DNA of 37,287 bases from Mycobacteriaceae bacterium (GCA_013362555.1 JABFVX010000395.1:1-37287); one strand, 5' to 3'. Numbered from the stretch's first letter, positions 24,953 to 34,591 are shown. A program made the numbers and translations. The notes: generated by a model not told the origin, from the sequence alone.

Positions 24953-26257
24953 CTACGCCGGAGATCGGTGGAGGCCTTTGTGGTCGTAGTAGCGGGTTAT
25001 GACGGCGCCTATGGTGAGGCCTACAGCGAGGCCGAAGGCGGTCATCCAGAATCCGCGCAGCAGGCCTGCCTCGCCGTGGGCCCCGAAATAGAGGATGCCG
25101 CGGATGGCCAGGTAGACCTGGTGCATCGGTTCGAAGCGGGCCAGCCAGCCGATGTAGCGCGGCACGGCCTCGATCGGGACCGTGCCGCCGCACGACGGCA
25201 GGCCGAGGACGATGAACACGATCAGGTTCACCAACATCCCCGCTGTGCCCAGCGCGGCGAGCACCGACAGTGCCGTGACTCCGACTGCGATGATCGCGAA
25301 CGCACCGTAGAGCCACAGCACCACCGGCCGCTCGATCGGCATTCCGAGCAGTCGCCCCGCGACGAGGTACACCGCCGACACGATGAACCCCGCGATCGTC
25401 ATGATCCCCCACTTGACCAGCAGCGTCTGCAAACGCGAGTGCGGCGTCTTCGGAAAATGCACATACCACGGCCCGTATTCGGTCGGTATGAAGCCGAGCG
25501 CGGAATCGGTCATCGTGTGGACAGTCATCGCCCCGGTGAAGCCCGCCAACAACAGCAGCAGCGTGTAGAAGAACGCCGACAGGCCTTCGCCGGACCCGTC
25601 GGGCAGCGGGTTGTAGGGGGCGACGACGGTGTGGACCGGGGCGGCCAGCGCCAGCCGCGCGGCGCCGGACAGCGGCGGCCCCTTCGGCCCGAGCTGTGCC
25701 TGCACCTGCTGGGTGAGCTGCCCGCCCACCGACGTGTTGGCCACCGCCAGCGCCTGGTCGGCGATTCTGAGCATGATCTGGTTGGCGATCGAGCCCGCCC
25801 GCGGATTGGTCCGCACCGTGATGATCGGCTTCTCCACATCGCCCGCGACCACACCCGCGATGCCGAGGTTCGACAGCCGTTTGCTGAAGTCGCTCGGGAT
25901 GATCAGCGCGCCGTAGGACCGGCCGAGGGCGAGCTCCCGGTCGACTTCCGGGAGCCCGACCACCTCCACGTCGACTTTGTCCGCCGGGATGCCTGCCAGC
26001 AGTCCCTCGGTGAGCAATTTGCCCGCGTTGGTGTAGCGGCCGCCGACAGTGTCGCCTTCGTCCGAGTTGACCAGCAGCACCGGGAAGCCGTGCAGGTTCT
26101 CCTCGGGGTTCACGACATAGGCCAGATACAGCGTGCCGAGCAGCGCCATCAGGGCTGTCATCACCGCGATCGGCGCGGCCCACAGCCGCAGCCGCATCAG
26201 CCGCGACCGGTCGGGCGCGGGTGCGGGGAGCGGTTCGACGGTCTCGGAGGTCGCCAC
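24953..26257 (-). CDS. YhgE/Pip-domain (ABC-2-like) integral membrane protein
   Basis: It is the lower part of track ORF 24953..27928(-). It has an N-terminal TM, a large extracytoplasmic domain (FPVLLVNSDEG..., IIPSDFS) and a C-terminal 5-TM bundle. The start is ambiguous between GTG 26257 and ATG 26197. Confidence 0.6.
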   Translation of the reverse strand: MATSETVEPLPAPAPDRSRLMRLRLWAAPIAVMTALMALLGTLYLAYVVNPEENLHGFPVLLVNSDEGDTVGGRYTNAGKLLTEGLLAGIPADKVDVEVVGLPEVDRELALGRSYGALIIPSDFSKRLSNLGIAGVVAGDVEKPIITVRTNPRAGSIANQIMLRIADQALAVANTSVGGQLTQQVQAQLGPKGPPLSGAARLALAAPVHTVVAPYNPLPDGSGEGLSAFFYTLLLLLAGFTGAMTVHTMTDSALGFIPTEYGPWYVHFPKTPHSRLQTLLVKWGIMTIAGFIVSAVYLVAGRLLGMPIERPVVLWLYGAFAIIAVGVTALSVLAALGTAGMLVNLIVFIVLGLPSCGGTVPIEAVPRYIGWLARFEPMHQVYLAIRGILYFGAHGEAGLLRGFWMTAFGLAVGLTIGAVITRYYDHKGLHRSPA

Positions 26258-26356
26258 TCCGGCACGGTAGCGTGTTGGTTGCCAGAATTGTCCGAGCGGC
26301 GCGGGAGGTGGCCGTCGCCACAACCTGCCCCCGGCTGGTAAGAGCAGTCCGGGATT

Positions 26357-26377
26357 GGCCGTAGAATAACTACGGCC
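26357..26377 (+). promoter_or_regulatory. Hairpin with an embedded -10-like TAGAAT, upstream of purF
   Basis: Sequence is ggccgtag-aataa-ctacggcc (8-bp stem). TAGAAT at 26362..26367 fits the actinobacterial TANNNT -10. It lies 28 nt before the purF GTG, in the divergent region shared with the YhgE-like gene. Confidence 0.35.
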
Positions 26378-26404
26378 CCGCCCGACGAAACTCCGGAGCA
26401 CTCG

Positions 26405-27961
26405 GTGACTGATTCCGCACCCTCCGTCCAGCCCGCCGCCGATCAGCCGGAGGCGGAACCTCGCGAGGAATGCGGCGTGTTCGGGGTCTGGGCGCCTGGC
26501 GAGGACGTCGCCAAACTCACCTACTACGGCCTGTACGCGCTCCAGCACCGCGGCCAGGAAGCGGCGGGCATCGCCGTCTCCGACGGCGCGCAGGTGCTGG
26601 TGTTCAAGGACCTCGGGCTGGTCAGTCAGGTTTTCGATGAGCAGACGCTGGCGGCCATGCCCGGCCATGTCGCGATCGGGCACTGCCGGTACTCCACAAC
26701 CGGCGCGACGACCTGGGAGAACGCCCAGCCGATCTTCCGCACCACCGCCGTCGGCACCGGCCTCGCGCTGGGGCACAACGGCAACCTGGTCAACACCGCC
26801 GAGCTGTCCGACCGCGCCCGCGCCGCGGGCCTGATCAACGACTTGCCGTCGGGCCGTTCCCCCATCGCCACGTCGGACTCGGACGTCATGACCGCGCTGC
26901 TGGCCCACGCCGCCGCGGACCTGACCCTGGAGCAGGCGGCGATGCAGCTGCTGCCGACGCTGCGCGGCGCCTTCTGCCTCACCTTCATGGACGAGAACAC
27001 CCTCTACGCCGCCCGCGACCCGCACGGCGTCCGTCCGCTGTGCCTCGGCAGGCTGGAGCGCGGCTGGGTCGTCGCCAGCGAGACCGCGGCGCTGGACATC
27101 GTCGGCGCCTCGTTCGTGCGCGAGATCGAGCCCGGCGAGCTGCTGGCCATCGACGCGGACGGGGTCCGCTCGGCGCGGTTCGCCAATCCCGAGCCGAAAG
27201 GCTGCGTATTCGAGTACGTCTACCTGGCCCGCCCGGACAGCACCATCGCGGGCCGCTCGGTGCACGCGGCGCGCGTCGAGATCGGCCGCAGGCTGGCCCG
27301 CGAGCACGCCGTCGAGGCCGATCTGGTCATTCCGGTGCCGGAGTCCGGCACGCCCGCCGCGGTCGGCTACGCGCAAGAGTCGAAGATCCCCTACGGCCAG
27401 GGCCTGATGAAGAACGCCTATGTCGGGCGCACTTTCATCCAGCCGTCGCAAACCATCCGGCAGCTGGGCATCCGGCTCAAGCTGAACCCGCTGCGGGAGG
27501 TCATCCGCGGCAAGCGGCTCATCGTGGTGGACGACTCGATCGTGCGCGGCAACACCCAGCGGGCGCTGCTGCGGATGCTGCGCGAGGCGGGCGCGCTGGA
27601 GGTGCACGTGCGCATCGCGTCGCCGCCGGTGAAATGGCCCTGCTTCTACGGCATCGACTTCGCCTCGCCCGCGGAGCTGATCGCCAACGGCGCGGGCGAG
27701 GCGACCGACTTCGACGCCATGGTGGAAGGCGTGCGCCGCTCCATCGGTGCGGACTCGCTCGGCTACATCTCGAAGGAGGGCATGATCGCCGCCACCGAGC
27801 AGCCCGCGACCCGGCTGTGCTCGGCCTGCTTCGACGGCGAGTACCCCATCGGGCTCCCCGACACCACCCTCGGCAAGAACGTGCTGGAGAACCTGGTCGG
27901 CGCGGCGGGCGCCATCGCCCCGGCCCACAACGACAACGCCAGCGCGCTCAGCCGCCCGTAA
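26405..27961 (+). CDS. purF: Amidophosphoribosyltransferase PurF
   Basis: ORF 26405..27961(+). A propeptide precedes the catalytic Cys (REECGVFGVW). It also has LQHRGQEAAGIA, the PRTase motif LIVVDDSIVRGNT and the Fe-S cysteines (WPCFYGID, CSACFDGEYP). Confidence 0.92.
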   Translation: MTDSAPSVQPAADQPEAEPREECGVFGVWAPGEDVAKLTYYGLYALQHRGQEAAGIAVSDGAQVLVFKDLGLVSQVFDEQTLAAMPGHVAIGHCRYSTTGATTWENAQPIFRTTAVGTGLALGHNGNLVNTAELSDRARAAGLINDLPSGRSPIATSDSDVMTALLAHAAADLTLEQAAMQLLPTLRGAFCLTFMDENTLYAARDPHGVRPLCLGRLERGWVVASETAALDIVGASFVREIEPGELLAIDADGVRSARFANPEPKGCVFEYVYLARPDSTIAGRSVHAARVEIGRRLAREHAVEADLVIPVPESGTPAAVGYAQESKIPYGQGLMKNAYVGRTFIQPSQTIRQLGIRLKLNPLREVIRGKRLIVVDDSIVRGNTQRALLRMLREAGALEVHVRIASPPVKWPCFYGIDFASPAELIANGAGEATDFDAMVEGVRRSIGADSLGYISKEGMIAATEQPATRLCSACFDGEYPIGLPDTTLGKNVLENLVGAAGAIAPAHNDNASALSRP

Positions 27962-27964
27962 CCC

Positions 27965-28038
27965 CCACCCCTACACCCGAAGCGCGCGGTTACACCCGAA
28001 GCTGCGGGTGTAAACGCGCGCTTCGGGTGTAGGGGTGG
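27965..28038. repeat. Family-2 palindromic repeat (37-bp arms, 2 mismatches)
   Basis: Sequence is ccacccctacacccgaagcgcgcggttacacccgaag|ctgcgggtgtaaacgcgcgcttcgggtgtaggggtgg. It starts 3 nt after the purF stop. Confidence 0.9.
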
Positions 28039-28061
28039 TGTTCCCACTTACGCTTAGCGGT

Positions 28062-29642
28062 GTGGGCACGAGACGAGTCGCTGGGTTCGGAGTGGCCGTC
28101 GCGGTCGTGGTCGCCGGGTGCGGCGTGGGGCGGACCGACGACACCGACTACCGCGGGGCGATCGTGGTCGGCACTACCGACAAGATCTACTCGATCGACC
28201 CGGCGAAGTCCTACGACAATGGCTCGTGGCAGACCGAGATCCAGGTGTACCCGTTTCTCATGAACTACCGGCCCGGCTCGGTGGTCCCGGAGCCGGACGC
28301 CGCCGAATCCTGCGGGTTCGCCGAGCCGACCCGCTACGTCTGCACCCTCAAGGCGGGACTGGCCTTCGCCAACGGCCACCCGCTCACGGCGCGCAGTGTG
28401 AAGGGCTCCTTCGACCGGGTCCTGAAGATCGACGACCCGGACGGCCCGGCCGCGCTGCTGGGCAATCTCCACCACACCGACGCGGTGGACGACCGCACCG
28501 TGGCGTTCACGCTGAAGGTGCCCGACCAGACCTTCCCGGCGCTGCTGGCCACCCCGGCCACGCCCATCGTCGACGAGTCGGTGTTCCCCGCCGACCGCGT
28601 GCTCGGCGACGACGCGATCGTCGCCGCGCGGCCCTTCGCAGGCCCCTTCACCATCGCGGGCTACGCCAAGAACCGGCTGGTGGAATTCCGCGCCAACCCG
28701 GCCTACCGCGGCATCCTCGGCCGGGCGAAGGCCGGCATCGTGGCGTCCAAGTTCTACACCAGCGGCGAGAACATGAAGATGGACCTGCAGAACGGGGCGC
28801 TCGACGCCGCGTACCGCACGCTCGGGCCGCAGGACGTCGACACGTTGCGCCGCAGCAAGAAGGTCAAGGTCTACACCGGTCCCGGTGGCGAGCTGCGCTT
28901 CCTGACCTTCAACCTGAAGACCATGCCGGGCGGCGACGATGCCGGGAAACTGGCCGTCCGCAAGGCCGTTGCGGTCTCCGTCGACCGCGAAGCGCTGGCC
29001 CGCGACGTCTACCGCGACACCTATCGTCCAGCCTATTCGACAGTGCCGCAAGGGCTTCCGGGCGCGGCGAGCAGTTTCAAGGACGTCTACGGGGCGAAAC
29101 CCAACCGGCAGGCGGCCGCCGGGTTCCTCGCCGCCGCGGGCGTGCGCACGCCGGTGCGGATTCAGTTGCAGTACAACTCCGACCACTACGGCGCGTCCAG
29201 TGCCGAGGAGTACGCGGCGATCAAGTCGCAACTGGAGGCCACCGGCCTGTTCCGGGTGAACCTGCAGTCCACCGAGTGGGTCACCTACAACGAGGAGCGC
29301 ACCAAGGACAGCTACCCGGTGTTCCAGCTGGGCTGGTTCCCGGACTACCCGGACGCCGACAACTACCTCACCCCGATCCTCGGACCGAACAACATGACGA
29401 AGAACCACTTCTCCAGCCCCGACGTCAACGAGTTGCTGGCGCGCGAGATCGGCGAACCCGACCCGGCCGCGCGGCGCGCGCTGCTCGGCCGCATCCAGCG
29501 GCTGGCCGCCGAGGCCTACCTGCCGGTGCTGCCGCTGGTGTCGGGTGAACAGATCGCGGTGGCCGCCAACGACATCCGCGGAGTCCAGGACACCCTCGAC
29601 GCGTCGTTCCGGTTCCGACTGAGCACCTTGAGCAGGTCATGA
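28062..29642 (+). CDS. ABC transporter substrate-binding lipoprotein, family 5 (peptide/nickel, DppA/OppA-like)
   Basis: Same frame as ORF 28035..29642(+). The track start lies inside the family-2 palindrome. GTG at 28062 gives a standard lipoprotein signal (GTRRVAGFGVAVAVVVAGC). The stretch YPVFQLGWFPDYPDADNYL is typical of SBP_bac_5. Confidence 0.85.
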   Translation: MGTRRVAGFGVAVAVVVAGCGVGRTDDTDYRGAIVVGTTDKIYSIDPAKSYDNGSWQTEIQVYPFLMNYRPGSVVPEPDAAESCGFAEPTRYVCTLKAGLAFANGHPLTARSVKGSFDRVLKIDDPDGPAALLGNLHHTDAVDDRTVAFTLKVPDQTFPALLATPATPIVDESVFPADRVLGDDAIVAARPFAGPFTIAGYAKNRLVEFRANPAYRGILGRAKAGIVASKFYTSGENMKMDLQNGALDAAYRTLGPQDVDTLRRSKKVKVYTGPGGELRFLTFNLKTMPGGDDAGKLAVRKAVAVSVDREALARDVYRDTYRPAYSTVPQGLPGAASSFKDVYGAKPNRQAAAGFLAAAGVRTPVRIQLQYNSDHYGASSAEEYAAIKSQLEATGLFRVNLQSTEWVTYNEERTKDSYPVFQLGWFPDYPDADNYLTPILGPNNMTKNHFSSPDVNELLAREIGEPDPAARRALLGRIQRLAAEAYLPVLPLVSGEQIAVAANDIRGVQDTLDASFRFRLSTLSRS

Positions 29643-30706
29643 CCTCCGAAGCCGAGACACCCAGAAGCGCCGCGGGCGCGGGCCGCACCCAGGCGCTGCT
29701 GCGCTACTTGGGCGTGCGCGCCCTGCTCATCGTGCCGACGGCGTGGATTCTGGTGACGGTCGTGTTCTTCCTGATGCGCGTGATCGGCGACCCGATCACG
29801 GCGGCGCTGGGCGGTCGCCTGCCGCCGGCGGAGATCGCCGAGCGCAAAGCCGAGGCGGGCTACGACCGGCCGCTGTCGGTGCAGTACTGGGAGTACCTGT
29901 CCGGGCTGTTGCGCGGCGACTTCGGCCACACCCAGGACGGCCGCGCGATCGGCGAGGTGATCGCCACCAACGGCGCGGCCACGCTGGAGCTGGTGTGCTG
30001 GGCGCTGGCGGTGGCCTTCGCCGTCGGCATCCCGCTCGGCCGCTACGCGGCGACGCGGCGCGACAGCGCGGTCGATGTCGGCCTGCGGCTGGGCGCGATC
30101 CTGGTCTATGCCGCGCCTGTGTTCTTCGTCGGCGCGATGCTGAAGCTGGTCTTCGGGGTGTGGCTGGGCTGGCTGCCGGTCGGCGGACGGGCTGCCACTG
30201 CCACCGAGCTGGCGCTGCAGCACGTACACCCGCAGACCAACGTCATGGTCGTCGACGCGGTCCTGTACGGGAACCTGCACTACCTCGGCGACGTGCTGCG
30301 CCACGCCGTGCTGCCCGCGGCGGCGCTCGGCCTGCTGGAGGCGGGGGTGTTCCTGCGGCTGGTGCGGATCAACCTGATTCAGACGCTGCACAGCGGCTAC
30401 GTGGACGCCGCCCGCGCGCGCGGCCTGTCGGAGCGGATCGTCACCAACCGCCACGCCTTCCGCAACGCCCTCGTCCCGGTGGTGACGGTGATCGGCATGT
30501 GCATCGCGATGCTGCTGGCAGGCGCGGTCCTGACCGAGACCACCTTCGAGTGGAAGGGTCTCGGCTTCCAGTTGGCGCAGTATCTGCAGGCCCGCGACTT
30601 CGTCGCGGTGCAGGGCATCGTCGCCTTCATCGCGCTGGTGGTCGCGGTGATGAGCTTCCTGGTCGACCTGGCGGTCGCCCTGATCGACCCGAGGGTGAGG
30701 TTCTGA
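29639..30706 (+). CDS. ABC transporter permease (DppB/OppB-like)
   Basis: ORF 29639..30706(+). The ATG overlaps the upstream stop (ATGA). The EAA-type loop reads YVDAARARGLSERIVTNRHAFRNAL. Confidence 0.88.
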   Translation: MTSEAETPRSAAGAGRTQALLRYLGVRALLIVPTAWILVTVVFFLMRVIGDPITAALGGRLPPAEIAERKAEAGYDRPLSVQYWEYLSGLLRGDFGHTQDGRAIGEVIATNGAATLELVCWALAVAFAVGIPLGRYAATRRDSAVDVGLRLGAILVYAAPVFFVGAMLKLVFGVWLGWLPVGGRAATATELALQHVHPQTNVMVVDAVLYGNLHYLGDVLRHAVLPAAALGLLEAGVFLRLVRINLIQTLHSGYVDAARARGLSERIVTNRHAFRNALVPVVTVIGMCIAMLLAGAVLTETTFEWKGLGFQLAQYLQARDFVAVQGIVAFIALVVAVMSFLVDLAVALIDPRVRF

Positions 30707-31707
30707 TGGCGATACCGGACATCGTCTCCGAGAGCGCCGCGGGCGCAGGCGAAATGGCAGCCGTAGCGGGCCGCGGGCGCCCGGGCCTGCGGCTGCTCCG
30801 GATGTCGGCGGGCCTGCAGCGGGCGACGCTGGTCGCGGGCCTGGTGTTGATCGGGCTGTTCGTCCTCGTGGCGCTCTTCGCGCCGCTGCTGGCGCCCTAC
30901 GGCTTCGCCCAGAACAGCGCGGTGCGCGGCGACGGGAGCGTCGCGGCCTTCGCCCGCGACGCCGCGCCCTCGGCGCAGCACTGGTTCGGCACCTCGGTGC
31001 GCGGCGAAGACGTTCTGTCCCGGGTGATGTGGGGCGCGCGCACCGCGCTGGAGGTGATCGGCGTCTCGCTGGTGCTGTCGCTGCTGGTCGGCGTGCCGCT
31101 GGGTCTGGTGTCCGGCTACCTGGGCGGCTGGGTGGACCGGGCGCTCGGCGTGGTCATGGACGCGATCTACGCCTTTCCGTCGCTGCTGTTGGCCATCGTG
31201 GTGTCGATCGTGGCGGCGGGCGGCTCCTCGTCCGGCTTCGGCGGGTTGGCTGCGGCCGCGATTGCCATCACCGCGGTGTTCGTGCCGCAGTACTTCCGGG
31301 TGATTCGCAACGCGACAGTGGCCGTGAAGACCGAGCCGTACGTGGACGCGGCTCGGGTGACAGGGGCGTCGACGGCGCGAATCCTGTTCCGGCACATACT
31401 TGCCAACGTCACGCAGTCGCTGCCGGTGATCATCACGCTCAACGGCGCGGAAGCCATCCTCACCCTGGCGGGCCTCGGCTTCCTCGGCTTCGGCATCGAG
31501 CCCACCCAGGCCGCCGAGTGGGGCTACGACCTGAACAAGGCGTTGGGCGACATCTCCAACGGCTTCTGGTGGACGAGCGTCTTCCCCGGAGTGGCGATCG
31601 TGCTGGTGGTCATGGGCATGACGCTCGTGGGCGAGAGCCTCAACGAGGTGCTCAACCCGCTGCTGCGCACGCGGGTGTCCGCGGCTCGAGCGGGAGGGAA
31701 ACCGTGA
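30706..31707 (+). CDS. ABC transporter permease (DppC/OppC-like)
   Basis: Same frame as track ORF 29743..31707(+). ATG at 30706 shares one base with the upstream TGA. It has HWFGTSVRGEDVLSRVMWGAR and YVDAARVTGASTARILFRHILAN. Confidence 0.88.
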   Translation: MAIPDIVSESAAGAGEMAAVAGRGRPGLRLLRMSAGLQRATLVAGLVLIGLFVLVALFAPLLAPYGFAQNSAVRGDGSVAAFARDAAPSAQHWFGTSVRGEDVLSRVMWGARTALEVIGVSLVLSLLVGVPLGLVSGYLGGWVDRALGVVMDAIYAFPSLLLAIVVSIVAAGGSSSGFGGLAAAAIAITAVFVPQYFRVIRNATVAVKTEPYVDAARVTGASTARILFRHILANVTQSLPVIITLNGAEAILTLAGLGFLGFGIEPTQAAEWGYDLNKALGDISNGFWWTSVFPGVAIVLVVMGMTLVGESLNEVLNPLLRTRVSAARAGGKP

Positions 31708-33362
31708 CCTCGCCTGCCGACCGCTCCGCGGCGGCGCCCGCGCTGCGGGTGGATGCGCTGTCGGTGACGTTCGCCACCGACGCCGGGCCGGTCCACGCCG
31801 TGGACGAGGTGTCGTTCGAGGTGTTCCCGGGCGAGGTGCTCGCCGTGGTAGGCGAATCGGGGTCAGGCAAGTCGGTGAGCTCGCGGGCCGCGATGGGTCT
31901 GCTGCCCGCGACGGCGCGGGTGCGCGGCGCTGTCACCGTCGGCGCGCACGAGGTCACCCGGATGAGCGCCAGGGAGCTCACCGCGCTGCGCGGCGGCGCG
32001 GTCGCGATGGTTTTCCAGGAGCCGGGCGCGGCGCTGGACCCGCTGTTCACCGTGGGTTTCCAGATCTCCGAGGCGATTCGCGCGCACACCACGGCCTCCC
32101 GCAAGCAGGCCCGCTCGCGCGCCGTCGAGCTGCTGCGCCTGGTCGGCCTGCCGGACCCGGAGCGCCGGGTCGACGCCTACCCGCACGAGCTTTCCGGCGG
32201 CCAGAAACAGCGCGTGGTGATCGCCATCGCCATCGCCTGCGAGCCGAAGGTGATCATCGCGGACGAGCCCACGACCGCCCTGGACGTGACGGTGCAGGCG
32301 GAAATCCTCGACCTGCTGCGCGATCTGCGCGACCGCATCGGCAGCGCCATCCTGCTGATCACCCACAACATGGGCGTCGTCGCCGACCTGGCCGACCGGG
32401 TCGTGGTGATGAAGGACGGCCGCGTCGTCGAACAGGCCGGTGTCGACGATCTTTTCGTCGCTCCGCGGGCCGAGTACACCCGGAGCCTGCTCGCGGCCGT
32501 CCCGCGGCTGACCGTCGACGCCGGTGGCAGCGCGGCTGCCGCGGCCACTGCCGCCGCCGAGCCGGCGCTCGAAATCCGTGATCTCAGTGTGCGTTTCCCC
32601 GGTGCGCCGCGCTCGGCGGTCGAGGGCGTCAGCCTCGCCGTCGGGCCGGGCGAAACCTTGGGCCTGGTGGGCGAATCCGGTTCCGGCAAGTCGACGATCG
32701 GGCGCTGTGCGGCGGCGCTGCAGCGACCCACCGCGGGCGCGATCCGGGTGCTCGGGCACGACATCGTCGGAAGGCGCGAGCGCGCGCTGCGCCCGGTCCG
32801 CCGCCGCTTCGGCTTCGTCTTCCAGGATCCGGCCACGTCGCTCAATCCCCGGCTCATCGTCGGGGAGTCGGTAGCTGAGCCATTGCTGGTTCATCGGCAG
32901 GGCAGCCGGTCGGAGACCGCCGCCCGGGTGCGCGAGATGCTGGACGCGGTGGCGTTGCCCGCGGACGCCGCGGCCCGCTACCCGCATGAGCTGTCCGGCG
33001 GCCAGCGCCAGCGCGCGGGACTCGCCCGAGCCCTGGTCCTGCGCCCGGATCTGCTCATCGCCGACGAGCCCACCAGTGCATTGGACGTGTCGGTGCAGGC
33101 CAGAGTGCTGGACCTGTTCGAGGAGCTCCAGGCCGAGTTCGGGTTCGCCTGCCTGTTCATCAGTCACGACCTGGCCGTGGTGGACCGGCTCTGCCACCGG
33201 GTCGCGGTGTTGCGGCACGGTCGCCTGGTGGAGCAGGGGCCCGTGGCGCGAATACTGCGCGATCCGCAGGAGGAGTACACGAAGCGCCTGGTCGCCGCGG
33301 TTCTCGAGCCGGATCCGGCGGTGCGCCGCCAGGTTCGGGAGCAGGGGCCCGACGCGGGGTAA
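31704..33362 (+). CDS. ABC transporter ATP-binding protein with two fused ATPase domains (DppD/DppF-like)
   Basis: Same frame as track ORF 31029..33362(+). GTG at 31704 overlaps the upstream stop (GTGA). It has two Walker A motifs (GESGSGKS twice), two signature motifs (LSGGQKQR, LSGGQRQR) and two Walker B motifs (IIADEPTTALD, LIADEPTSALD). Confidence 0.9.
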   Translation: MTSPADRSAAAPALRVDALSVTFATDAGPVHAVDEVSFEVFPGEVLAVVGESGSGKSVSSRAAMGLLPATARVRGAVTVGAHEVTRMSARELTALRGGAVAMVFQEPGAALDPLFTVGFQISEAIRAHTTASRKQARSRAVELLRLVGLPDPERRVDAYPHELSGGQKQRVVIAIAIACEPKVIIADEPTTALDVTVQAEILDLLRDLRDRIGSAILLITHNMGVVADLADRVVVMKDGRVVEQAGVDDLFVAPRAEYTRSLLAAVPRLTVDAGGSAAAAATAAAEPALEIRDLSVRFPGAPRSAVEGVSLAVGPGETLGLVGESGSGKSTIGRCAAALQRPTAGAIRVLGHDIVGRRERALRPVRRRFGFVFQDPATSLNPRLIVGESVAEPLLVHRQGSRSETAARVREMLDAVALPADAAARYPHELSGGQRQRAGLARALVLRPDLLIADEPTSALDVSVQARVLDLFEELQAEFGFACLFISHDLAVVDRLCHRVAVLRHGRLVEQGPVARILRDPQEEYTKRLVAAVLEPDPAVRRQVREQGPDAG

Positions 33363-33511
33363 CGACACGCGTGCGCGCTGGTCACGGTTGGCTGGGCATT
33401 CCGGTTTGTGGGTGGACTTGTTCAGTCCTGGTTCGGGCCAGGAGGTAGCGTTGGTGGGCGCGCCCCGCGCGCCCCGCATGTCGTCGATCAGGTTTGGAGC
33501 ACCGTCGTCCC

Positions 33512-34591
33512 ATGGCTGAGCAGCCGCAGAGCCCCACGTCCTATGCCGCAGCCGGTGTGGACATCGAGGCAGGAGACCGCGCCGTCGAGCTGTTCGGGCC
33601 GCTGGCGAAGCGGGCCAGCCGGCCAGAGGTGCAGGGCGGGCTCGGTGGGTTCGCCGGGCTGTTCGCGCTCAAGAAGGACTACAAGGAGCCGCTGCTCGCC
33701 GCCTCCACCGACGGCGTGGGCACCAAGATCGCGGTGGCGCGCGCCATGGACAAGCACGACACCGTGGGCCTCGACCTGGTCGCGATGGTGGTGGACGACC
33801 TGGTGGTGTGCGGTGCGGAGCCGCTGTTCCTGCAGGACTACATCGCCGTCGGCAAGGTGGTCCCGGAGCGGGTCGCCGAACTCGTCTCGGGCATCGCCGA
33901 GGGCTGTGTCCGGGCGGGCTGCGCCCTGTTGGGCGGCGAGACCGCCGAGCACCCGGGCGTGATGGCCGCGGACGACTACGACCTCTCGGCCACCGGCGTC
34001 GGCGTCGTCGAGGCCGACGCGGTGCTCGGGCCGGACCGGGTCCGGCCCGGAGACGTGGTGATCGGCATGGGCTCCTCGGGCCTGCACTCCAACGGTTACA
34101 GCCTGGCCCGCAAGGTGCTCCTGGAGGACGCCCACATGGCGCTGTCCGGGCACGTGGAGGAGTTCGGCCGCACTCTCGGCGAGGAGCTGCTCGAGCCGAC
34201 GATGATCTACGCCAAGGACTGCCTGGCCCTGATCGCCGAGACCGACGTGCGCACCTTCTCCCACGTCACCGGCGGCGGCCTGGCGGGCAACCTGGCGCGC
34301 GTGATGCCGCAGGGCCTGGTGGCCGAGCTGGACCGCGGCAGCTGGACGCCCGCGTCGATCTTCCACCTGATCGCCCAGCGCGGCCGGGTGGACCGGGCCG
34401 AGATGGAGCGCACGTTCAACATGGGCGTAGGCATGGTGGCCGTCGTCGCCCCGGAGGACGTCGACCGGGCCTTGGCCGTGCTCACCGCCCGCCACATCAC
34501 CTGCTGGACGCTGGGCACTGTGAAGAAGATCCCGGCCAAACAGGCGGACACCGAGCGCGTCCTGCTCCACGGCGAACACCCCCGCTTCTAG
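33512..34591 (+). CDS. purM: Phosphoribosylformylglycinamidine cyclo-ligase PurM
   Basis: Same frame as ORF 33494..34591(+). I prefer ATG at 33512, with GGAG about 12 nt upstream. It has YAAAGVDIEAGDRAVE, GGFAGLF, STDGVGTK and DLVAMVVDDLVVCGAEPLFLQDY. Confidence 0.92.
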   Translation: MAEQPQSPTSYAAAGVDIEAGDRAVELFGPLAKRASRPEVQGGLGGFAGLFALKKDYKEPLLAASTDGVGTKIAVARAMDKHDTVGLDLVAMVVDDLVVCGAEPLFLQDYIAVGKVVPERVAELVSGIAEGCVRAGCALLGGETAEHPGVMAADDYDLSATGVGVVEADAVLGPDRVRPGDVVIGMGSSGLHSNGYSLARKVLLEDAHMALSGHVEEFGRTLGEELLEPTMIYAKDCLALIAETDVRTFSHVTGGGLAGNLARVMPQGLVAELDRGSWTPASIFHLIAQRGRVDRAEMERTFNMGVGMVAVVAPEDVDRALAVLTARHITCWTLGTVKKIPAKQADTERVLLHGEHPRF

